A DNA stretch of 60,000 nucleotides from Lytechinus pictus (lineage: Eukaryota): the NCBI RefSeq assembly GCF_037042905.1, contig NC_087251.1, positions 22,818,001 through 22,878,000 of the forward strand, given 5' to 3'. How positions within the stretch are numbered: the stretch's first letter is position 1; each line of letters opens with the position of its first letter. Both the position numbers and the translations under genes were made by a program. Shown here piece by piece: positions 25,364 through 37,300 of this stretch. The notes below the pieces were generated by a model. That model made no database searches. It saw only the letters and a list, made by a program, of their open reading frames with translations, and was not told the origin of the DNA.

Positions 25364-28300
25364 GGCGACGGCGGCGGCGGCGGCGGCGTCAACATCAAAT
25401 CTTAACCTAAGGTTAAGTTTTTGAAATGACATCATAACTTAGAAAGTATATGGACCTAGTTCATGAAAATTGGACATAAGGTTAATCAAGTATTACTGAA
25501 CATCCTGCCTGAGTTTCAGGTCACATGACCAAGGTCAAAGGTCATTTAGGGTCAATGAACTTAGACCATGTTGGGAAAATTATTTTCAAAATCTTAACCG
25601 AAGGTTAAGTTTTTGAAATGACATCATAACTTAGAAAGTATATGGACCTAGTTCATGAAACTTGGGCATAAGGTTAATCAAGTATTAGTGAACATCCTGC
25701 TCGAGTTTCAGGTCACGTAACCAAGGTCAAAGGTCATTTAGGGTCAATGAACTTTGGTCAAGTTGGGGGTATTTGTTGAATTACTATCATAACTTTGAAA
25801 ATTTATGGATCTAGTCCATGAAACTTGGACATAAGTTTAATCAAGTATTAGTGAACATCCTGCCTGAGTTTCAGGTCACATGACCAAGGTCGAATGTCAT
25901 TTAGGGTCAATGAACTTTGGCCAAGTTGGGGGTATTTGTTGAATTACCATCATAACTTTGAAAATTTATGGATTTAGTTCATGAAACTTAGACATTAGGT
26001 TAATCAAGTACCACTGAATATCCTGTGCGAGTTTCAGGTCACATGACCTGATGACCATGGTCAATGGTCATTTAAGGTCAATGAACTTTGGCCGTGTTGG
26101 GGGTATATGTTAAATTACCATCCTAACTCTGAAAGTTTATGGATCTAGTTCATAAAACTTGGACATAAGAGTAATCAAGCATCACTGAACATCCCCTGTG
26201 AGTTTCAGGTCACAAAACCAAGTCAAAGGTCAGTTAAGGTCAATAAACTTAGGCCATGTTGGGGTAATTGTTGAAGTGCCATCATAACTTTGAAAGTTTA
26301 TGGATAGAGTGAATGAAATGTGGACATGGGTGTAGTTGACAGTCTTAAGTCTCTGTTCAAATGTCATTTATGGTCAATGAACGTGGTATTATGTCATTAT
26401 ATGAATGATGTTTTTGTTAATGATTATTTTATAGTAGTTTTCAAAGTTAGCACTGCTGCTATATCAAATTGCGTAATGCAGGCGAGACTGCCAGAGGCGT
26501 TCCACTTGTTTTATAATTTGTTATATGTTATTATGTAAGATCATTAGTTTATTTTTTTTTTATTTTTTTTTTTAGAATAATAATCCTCAAAAGATTGTCA
26601 CTGTCTCTCTCTTTTTTAATCCTTCCTTATGCAGTAATTGATTGCAAATATAATCTATATTATTTGTGTATCAGGCCTTTTCTGAATAATTGATGATTTA
26701 ATTTGGAGAGTTTGTGTTTGTAAGATTAGAAATGGTTAGAATTTATTTGATGTATAGTTACTACTTTGATTATTTTCATCTCAAGACTCAAATATAAATA
26801 GAGTTCATAAATTAAATTAATTATTAAAGATTTAACTGTTGTCTCTTGATTGTATCCTTGTAGGTACTGAGAGTAGATGATTTGGATGAACAGTTGACTC
26901 TAGCAATGCAGAATCATCTTGAGGCTGGAGTAAGGGTGGATGAAAAACTGAATCAGGTATGAATTGATATTTGCCTCTTCTAAGAATTTAATGGTTCTGA
27001 TAAGGTTTTATTGTTCAAAGTAATATGAGAATTATGTTAGGATTAAGGTAGGTTTTTTTGTTTTTTTGGGGGTGGGCATTATTTGTAATTTTCCAGGGGA
27101 GCAATTCTTGCTGAACCAATGATTTGGAATCTACATGTATATGATAAAACCTGACATACACCAATGTTCATGTTGAATTAAACAGAGGAGGTAAATAACA
27201 ATGTTAAAGGATCTCAAGATCTTTTACAAGGTAATCCTGCTTTTGGAAATGAAGTAATTTTAAAGCTTCAAAGACATTTTACATTGTGATATTTCATAAT
27301 CTTGAAATGAAGGCAACATTCACTTATATATTGCTTATGAAAGTAGGCCTGCTCATGATGAATAACTTTGCAACCCCTCTAAAGTGGTGAAATAATTCAG
27401 TCTATTTTTTAGAAGTAGTAATGTTGTATGCATTTTTTTAACTGATCATTCGTGTTTGTTTGTCTGCATAGATTATCATTCCTCAATCTCTTGAATGGTT
27501 CCGCAAGGACTTCACTGGTTCCACCCTACCAGTCAATGTAGATCATGGTAATATCTACATGGGTCTACTGAGGGTAATCACTCCTCATGTGTCTCAGTAT
27601 CTAGGTGATAAGCTAGAGGATTATACCATGAAGTACCTACCAAGGCATATTGAACTTGAGAGCAAGGCAGAACTGGTCAATGGGGCTGAAGATGGAGCAG
27701 GTATTTGGCGAAGAATTTATCTAAACATTAGGTTTTCATTGTTCAGTAAGTCAGGGAAAAGTGATTTGTTTTAAGGAGCCTCAACAGGTTTAGTGTTATG
27801 TGCAGCACTTTGTAACCACAAAGGCACAAATTGTGATATAGTGGTTTTGACAGGTATGAAAATGACATTTAACCTTTTAAGATTGAGGAAAATTGTAACT
27901 GAAATTCATATAGATATTATATTATCTTGATAGATTATATATTTATGCGTTATTTATTTATTACTTTGATTGATTTCACTGTAATATTTTCTATGGTCTT
28001 TCTACTCAATATTTATTGACAGACTATCCTCCAAAAAAGAAACCTCCATTTCAGCGGTCTAACTCAATGAGGTTCAAGATAATGGTTACACCTTATGACC
28101 GAACCTTCAGGTATCGCTTCTATGGTCCATCCGATAACGCAGTACAACCTTTAACACTGAAACGTAGACTCTCTGTCCCAGATAACTTTGACTCCAGTGG
28201 ACTTGGCTGGAGTTTGATAGATGCACCTGCAGCCGAACCTCCTTTCTCAATGACAGAGCCAACCTTGAAATACCTTCACTCAAAGTCCAAACTGGTGGCA

Positions 28301-31300
28301 TCGCTGGCAGGCGTGGTCAGTGCAGGGATCGGTGAGAACACTGATGCCTTTGCCAAAGATAAATCCATTGATGAAGATATGCTGTCCTCTAGTGTTGGTA
28401 GTCCTGCAAGTCTTGTTTTTGAGGATACCTTTGGGAGTGATAGGACATACAATCCTAAGTTATCAACCATGACCAAAGTCCTCCAGCATTTGGCTGGGTA
28501 TCCCATCATGCAATACTATGTTCAGTCATTCTTCTCAGAAGTGTTGTCCATAGCGGGTAGCTCAAAAGGCAATGACTGTTTAGATGAGAAGGAGGTCAGA
28601 GCGAGTCTTCTTGCCGATACACGCTCCAAGGTAACTTTAATCTTACAATCCACACAGTCTTTTGATCTGTTTTCATGTTCAAATTTATGAAATTCACCAT
28701 TGATTTATCATTTATAAAATACTCATAGATAAGTGTAGCTTGTAGAAGCAAAGGTAAAGTAATGTGCACATGATCATTCCTATCATAGTTTATTATTTTT
28801 AGGCAAACTGGTAAATGCATTTGTTGATCCATCAATATATGGAATGTGTCTGCTTGAGGCAGCACTGCAGCAGAATATATTCAAAATTTCACTTCTTTGA
28901 TATTGTATATGAAGTATAACTTTTGATATATGCAGTCAGAAAGAAGTCTTAGAACTCTTGTATTGCTTTGTCAAACATTTGGTTCACAGATTATTGGCCC
29001 TTAAATTACATTTTCTTCTTGTTATTTTTACATGCAATATTATTGAAATCAAGTGCCCTGGGTCTAAACGGAGTTAATTCCCTGGTGTCCTTAGGCAAGG
29101 CATTATCATCTATCATGATCCTTGAAGAAAACCAGGGCCCTGTCTTACAAAGAGTTATGATTGATCCAATCAACCGTAACTCTATTGAAATCCATCAGTG
29201 TCATAATTTTTTTAAAGGAAATTTGCACAGTGTCCTTTGTAAACAAAGAGAAGCACAATGAGTTTTCAAGAAAACAATGAATGCATGAATATACATCATA
29301 GCTGGAAAATATTTTGAACAAACATGCATAATAGATGTTGACGTTGCTGGCCATCCATAGTTGTGATTGATCGGATCAATCACAACTCTTTGTAAAACGG
29401 GCCCCTGAAGCCATCAAATCTCTGGTTGCTTTGATAACAAGGCGTCATGTTTTTTTTAACATTCAGGTGATAGTTACCACCTTTGAACCTCAAAATCCTT
29501 TTCTTTTTATGACATTTTTCTGAAGGAGGTTCTAGGTGTCCTGAAAGAAGCAGTAGAGTTGCTTGTATCCAGCTGCCAGTGGGAAGCAGTCATGAAGCTT
29601 GTGGATACTATACATTGCATTGGTGGGACTGAAAGCTACACTGTCATCAGGGACTTTGCTGCATACTGTGCTGGTAACCAGGTCAAGGCAGGTCAGATGA
29701 CATCATGCTCCAAACCAACATGGCAGTGTTTGTTGACAGTCAGGAATAAGGTATGATTAAAGGTTTTGGTGGAAGTAATACTGGGATGAATTTATCATAT
29801 TGGTTGGAAGATTTGATGTATTTTCCTGAGTTATTATTGGATCATGATTGTGGTTATTAGTTCTGTTCATCCGTTTTATGATATATTGTAACCATTTCTT
29901 GATTATTGGTGTAGTGACATAAAATAATAAATTATGAAAACAAGTCTGAAGTTTGAGACTATCAAACCAAGAAGATAATTTAAGCGCATTTTTGTTCCAC
30001 AAAGAGGTAGAATTAATGTTCATTGGTCAGTACATAGAATATCTGCCTCACCAACAGGCTCTATCTATGAGTCAATCTCTGGTTGGTTAGTGACATCCAA
30101 CCCACCTACATGTATAACTATGACCCCATTGGTGAAGACATGGGGCATGTATGCAAATCAATTTCCAGGTCTACTAATTCCAAGAAGTACGATGAAGTGC
30201 CAAGCACCAATATTGCTTGCATCAGAAAGAAAGAAGAAGTTTCACTGTTGAGAAAATATTCATACTGTAAGGATAGAAAATTAAAGGAGAATGAAACCCT
30301 TGAAACCAGCTGAATCCATATTAAAGAGAAAAATCAAAGAAACATATTGTTGAAAGTTTGAGGAAGATTGAATGAATAATAAGAAAGTTATGAGCATTTG
30401 AATATTGAGATCACTAATGCCATGTAGATCCTCCCATTGGCAATGCGACCAAGATCTGTGATGTCACACACGTACAACTCCCTCATTACTTTAGTACTTA
30501 TTTCACTTATATTCTCAATTTTATAGAGTCTATCACAAGGTGAGGTGTTCTCTTTATGAGAGGACAAGTACAGAGGTTTCACAACATTATATCATTGATG
30601 AATCGTTTGTCATAAGATTAGAATGAGCAAAAAGAGATGTTTTGGGGTATATTTTCAGTGTCCAAAAGGGGAGAGTTGTTCATCTGTGACATCATAGATC
30701 TTGGTCGCATTGCCAATGGGAGGATCTCCATAGCATTAGTGATCTCGACATTCAAATGCTGATAACTCTTTTATTGCTAGTCCTATTTTACTCAAACTTT
30801 TGTTGATCTTATTCTTTGATTTTTCGGCTTTCGCAAAAGCTAACTTGCTCCAAGAGTTTCATTCTCCTTTAAAGAAAGTTGTGGAAATTAGGAGAGGTTA
30901 AACAATCGCAAACCACTCGCTCAACCACTTGTTCATTCACTCGCTCACTCACTTAATCAGTACTCTCAGCTTATGGTCCTCACTCAACTTATGATTATTT
31001 CTTACTGAATCACTTATTACCGCTCAACTTGGATATGGTGTTATTCTTATGAACGATTAATGTCACATTCCGCATTTATGTCAACAATATTTGTGAATAT
31101 ACTACGAGAGTGAAATAAACGAATGTTCATGTGTCATACAAAGGAGTGATTGATTGATTTATAACGGAGTGCGTTTCGATGTTGACTAACGTTTACCAAG
31201 TTTCTGTAGCTTAATCGTGCAAGAAGCTACAATGGGCTTTTTTACCACCAAGGAATCTTGCGATAATTGATCATCCCTACACTATTGATTTACTTTTTGA

Positions 31301-34300
31301 TATCATTACATTACTGACTCAATGTTTGAATAACCCAAGTACTGTCAATCTGTTGCTAAAAACATCTCTGTTCAGCTGTTTGCCAAGCTGCCATCAAGAT
31401 TACTTCTGCAAGGTGCATGAAATAAGGTCCAGAACCTGCCCTAGCTTGGACTATACCAAAATTCAAAACTAGTATTTTTATTATAGAACATGTATACCTA
31501 TGTTGATTGTTTTCCTATTTTTTGTCATTAGATACTGAGAGACAGGGCAGTGCTTGCTTCCTTAGATAGTCTCCCTATTGAAGATGCCCTGGAGTTGCTA
31601 GAATGTTGTGTGTTGGACAATAGGAAAGACTCTCCCTTGAACAATATCCTGCACACAAAATTTCAGCAGCTGAAGATGTACAGAAAGGTAATTAGAACTT
31701 ATTGTATTCATTAATGGCTATAATATTATTTTTTCATTCTGGTCAGTGGATTATATCAGTCTTACAAGCACACCAAGTATTCACCTTTCGCCATTTCCTG
31801 GGGGCTTTTCCTTTCTGTAATTAGATGTGGTTCCCATGATGGTGTTCAAACTATGATAATTTTTCATTATACCAGGCATCCATTCAACACTTGGGACCTG
31901 CTTCATAAACTTGTTACAAGAATAAATTTGCAATAATAGATAGCTATTGATATTGTTTGATTTTGATTGGCTGATTGTAAATTTTTAATACAAATTGTGC
32001 ATTTGTTATTAATAACAAGTCTTTTTAAGTGGGACCTGGGTGAGAAATTGGCAAATATGCAATATTTTTTAGCCAACATTGCAAGAGACAGTCTCGGGAC
32101 TTATAAAATGATAAATATAAATAATGATAAATCCATAATTTATTGTTCGAAATAGACATGAAATGAAATACTCCGAAAATTTGCTTTACCCACTTGATCG
32201 TGGGCCCGGCAGCCGCTGTGCAGCGCCAGATCGACGAGGCTCTATCCCTTTAATCGTTGAACGCCAAACAGGGTAGCAGCAACTCCCATCTTTTAACGTC
32301 TTTTGGTCTGACGTGGCCGGGGTTTGAACCCCCGACCTCCCGGTTGTGAGACGGACGCTCTACCAACTGAGCCAACACACCGGTTATCCACTGAGCCTCT
32401 TAATTTATGCTTCCTTGTGATTCTTTTAGTATTGTGTGACTACATGTTAATACATTGATTGAAAGAATTTCTAATGGGTGCGGAGGGGGAGACTGACCAA
32501 TATTCACCGGTGTGTTGGCTCAGTTGTTAGAGTGTCCATCTCACAACCGGGAGGTCGGGAGTTCTAACCCTGGCCACATCAGAACAAGACGTAAAAAGAT
32601 GGGAGTTGCTGCTGCCCTGTTTGGCATTCAACATTTAAGGGATAGAGCTTCGTCGATCTGACACTGCACAGTGCCTGCCGGGCCCATGATCAATTGAGCA
32701 AAATGAATTTGTGTAGTATTTCTATTTGAGATTTGTATTTTGAACAATAAAATATGGATTTTCGTTTCATTTTCATTGTTTTTTATTCTTTACAAAACTA
32801 AAACAATAGAATGAAAATTAATGAGTAAAGGGCTCTAAATTATACATGCTATTCTATTTTAGGGGGGGGGGGTGTAGGTTAGGTATGTTCTGTAAGGTTA
32901 ATGTTATAATGGCCCTGTAGTATTAAAGATACAATTGATTGTTCATTTAGTATTATTGTCAGTTCATGTCAATCTTATTATCAAAGAGTTACAGTTGATT
33001 GAAATATCAATTGTATTTATTTTCATGCTACAACTCAAAGATCTAGTACTTGAACTTTGTGCCAATTGGCTTGAATGTAAGGGTTGGTGTACAATTTATT
33101 ACCATAAATTTGCTTGATTTTTTTCTTATGTTATAATATGGTCACTAATTTGTTTACCCATTAGATCACATTCTATGCTATGCAATACTCTCCACCGCTC
33201 TCACTTGGAGTTCTTCAGGGAGGAAGTACTCCCTCTGACCTCTCGGAGGTCATTCGACCCCTATGTACATGGCAGGATGTCCAGGATGCTTCTAAAACCA
33301 GTCCTGATAGTGTTCTCAAGCTGCTGATGTCTGCTTCAGACTTTGATCTGGCCAAGGATTGGGCAGAGCTCCATGGAGTTATTGATGATTACCAGCAGGT
33401 ATATAGGCATTTATGCAAATAAATCCTGTATTATTAGAAGGGGTATTTTAAATTTGATCGAGAGAAACACTGAGAAATCATAAATAAGCATTGGAATTGA
33501 AATGTATTTTGAAGATGATTATTTTTGCTTTGTGATTAAGAGTGGCATAAAAAACATGATTATCGCATTGGATAAGTAATATATTTTGGGGAGGAGAAGT
33601 TTAGTATCAATTTAGAGTGATATATATAAATGATAACTTAATAATTGAGTGATTAATAGTTTTGTGATGACTTCTTGTAAAGATATTATTTCCTGTGAGA
33701 TCATGTGAAGAGGCTTGTGAGTGGATGAGTGGATGGAGCTATAAGGAAATTAGATTTTTTTTTCTTGACAACTTGTTGAGCATGTATATTAGTAAGTCAT
33801 TTTGGAATTTCTGTGTGCAAGTGTATCTTACATCATTGAATGCTTTATTTTGTATTTGCTATAAGCCTGTAATGACTTTATGTTTCATAGGTAAAGACAA
33901 ACATATATGATAGGGAAGGAAATGCAGACATATAACCCTGTCCTTTATATCATTGCCTTGGTGCAACAATGCCCTAAGTGCCAAATTTCTAGGAATCACA
34001 TGATACATTAGCACCCTTACTCAGTTTTCTAATGTGTGGAGCCTAAGGATTCTTATTTCAATGTGTCAAATTGATATGTGGTGCCAATGGCATGCTTGCT
34101 CCATCACAATGTTACCATGCTTGTCTAACATCAATGACATGTGAATTTCTCTCTCTCTGACCTCTCCTAGACTATCCTAGTCAACCAGTTGGAACATTTA
34201 TTATGCAACAGTTGTAACAACCTTCAGGTTTACCAGGTATGTTCACATTCCATCATTGGACAAGACAAAAACAGTACAGAAATATTGAAAGAATCACAAT

Positions 34301-37300
34301 TTAAAAATTACAAGATAATGAAATCATAAAGAAGATTGAAAAGTTTATTATAACAGAATGGCAGACAAATATATATTGGCAAGAAGATAGAACTGCACCA
34401 GTGGATCTCCAGAGGATGGTGATGATGGTGACATCAATTTTAGTGATGTTCCTTAATTTTGGGGAAAATAGGTATAGGTATGTTGTTCAGCTGCTGCGGT
34501 AAATGCAACCCTGGCTGTTGACATTGATAGTTTATATCATTGAGTATCAGCTATATGCCATACAGAGAATGATGAATTAATGATATTCATATAAATAGAA
34601 ATCCATTAAAAAAGTGCAGAACTGTTTACAAATATGTCTGAACCCATATACATGGTGCATTGCTTAAATTTGTTATCAAATTTATATGGCTTGAAATGTT
34701 GGTAATGTGAAGTAAAATTTGAGAAAGATGTGGGTTTAGAAGATTATAGAATTACCCAATTAGTCGCCATTTCAGAATTAAAGTACATTAATTGCATGTG
34801 GTACAGCTGTGAAAAGGTAATGCAGTCTTGACGTTGAGTTACCTCTCTTCACTTCAGCCTGCTACTAAAACCATCGCTACTCAAGCCATATTTAGCTCAT
34901 CTCATCTGGTTTACAGATCTGGTTTACAGTCCTTCTCAGGACTTCACTCACTTTCAAGAAAAGAATACCTATAATTTCTCTTTTGCATCCTTTCTCGTCT
35001 TTCCATTTCAATTTTTCTGCCTGTATTTCCTGTCCCTTCATATTACACATGGTGAACCCTAAACCTTCTCCATGTAGTCTTGATATTGTTTTTATATCTT
35101 TTAAGATACTTGAGGATGTTTGTAGCAGTGAAGAAACAATCGCCATTTGTACTCAGTTGCTTGAGTCCCAGAAGATAGCTCTACCCAGTGTAGTCTTCTT
35201 GGTCCATTATCTCCTTCATAATTGCCTTGATGAGCTATCTCTGGAGAGGGCTGGAGGACTACATGATATCAGTATAGGTGCCAAGGTTAGTCTCCGTAAT
35301 ATTGTCGTCTTCCCACACAAAGGCCGTTAGTGCAGACTGCTTGTCGCCTTCCGGCATAAGGGCCGTTAGCGCGGACTGCGTGTTGCCTTCCCGCACAAAT
35401 GCCGTTAGCGAGCACTGTTCACTGCACGCTAACAGACTTTCTGCAGGAAGGCAACGTGCAGAGTGCGCTAACAGCCTTTGTGCGGGAAGGCGACCGCTAA
35501 CGGCCTTTGTGCGGGAAGGCGATGATATGTTTCTCACCAGCATTGGAAATACAAGCATGTTGGCAAGAGGGGGAACAGAGTTTCTTAAATGTTGGCACAC
35601 TGAAAGTGGTGGGTGACCACAGAATTTCTCTCAACTCTCCAAAAAATATTATCCCTTTAAAAAAGGAAAGCACAGTGTATGAATTTTTGGCAAATGTTGT
35701 TGGGCACTCTCCCTCTGTGACCGCTGGATCTGCGTCTGTAAGTAGGAGCCAACACCAAAAAGTGAAATGGTGACTGGCTAACACAGGATTGATCTGTGCT
35801 TGTTTTTTTAATCATATGAAATTCATCTATTGCTGCTAGGGCCACGTGACCTTAAAAAGTTGATGGTGCAGAAGAGTGAAATGAGCCATGACTGTCATTT
35901 AATCCAGGGATAATCTTTTGTTGACATGACATGATGGTTTCATTCGTCAATTAATTCTACTGGAGTTCAGACATGGTGTTATCTGTCAAAAGATCTTGCT
36001 CCTTTCTTCCCAGCATGATATATGTTGTAGGGAATATCTTGTGTATACCTTGGAGGGAATGAATTTACCCCCTCACCTAAAAAAAATATCTAAATATATC
36101 TTCTTTTTTTTAGAATTGGAATGTGATGTAGCAGGTTGAGCTTGTCAAGAAAAGTGTTTAGGGGTAAATTTTGTCAGTAATTATAACTATCCTTATTTAG
36201 GTATTTATTTGTATGGTTTTATTTTGTTGATATAGGTTCTGCTTTGTTTACCTGAGAGAGTGAGGGGAGAGTATCAACATATCATGTCTAGACCAGACCT
36301 GTTGCTGGAACAGCTACTGATGAATCTCAAGGTTGGCTTTCTCTTAGGCTTCATATGTCAGTGAAACTTAAAGAATATTTGAAGACACTTAAATGCCAAG
36401 AAAATGGAGGGAGCCATCATTCTTGCTTCTTTTGATTATGTCTCATCTTGAAACTTTCACATGATTTGGAACATGAGTTGCAAAGTAATTTCTGTTTCTG
36501 GATAGGGGCTCAGTTACAGTATATTCTTATTAAATTACAAACCAATTGAAACTTAATTCAGAATCAATGAGGTTACATTTTGTTTGTTTTTCAAAGTTCA
36601 TTCATCCTGTTTTTAAGCATTTTTACACTCTTCGTTCATGATATTTTTGACATGGCTATGCGATATTTGGTGCATGTTCAGAAATTATGTGGTGCGACAC
36701 AAAGATAATTCTCCACCTCCTCCCCTCATCATCATCAGTACCACTGTTGTTGTTGCCATTGTCTTCATTATGTAAGTCATAGTCAATCATCACAGTCATC
36801 AAACCATCATCATCACCATCTTCACCACCACATTCTTTTCTTCATCACTCATCACCATCACCTTATATTCACATTCATGTTTCAAACATCCAGTTCACAA
36901 ACATTATCCTAAAAATTTGTTATTTTGTTTAGATGAACCTTGCATCCGATGTGCAGGCGACACTCCAAGAAGAGCTCCAGTCATCGCGTTTCCCTTCTGC
37001 AAGTCTATCTGAAAACTCCATCAATGCTCTCATCTCCAAGTATGCCAGAGAAGCTATCCAGATCCCAGTTGCTCTTCTCAATACTTCTTTGTCAGGTGAG
37101 TGATGCACCATGAAGCTGATCGATTCTATGACACTTGCTCCCATTAAAAATATACACATCAAGCCTCACATAAACTGAACCTCAAACCAAACTCTTACCT
37201 TAATATTTACCCTCATTTTATTAAGAGCAAGAAAAGGAATTGATTTTAACTCAAACCTAACCCCATGTCTTTCAAGAAGTTATAACATTACATATTGTTT

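Noticed and set aside
25235..25435. Poly-Ala ORF
   Set aside because: Arises from the (GGC)n tract of the HINE element
25400..26400. Regularly spaced repeats resembling a CRISPR array (also 35302-35525)
   Set aside because: Whole units repeat with no unique spacers, no cas genes, eukaryotic intron context
32300..32580. tRNA-Val(CAC)-like sequences (also near 58300-58380)
   Set aside because: No proper acceptor stem and continuous with a SINE body and tail; SINE heads, not tRNA genes
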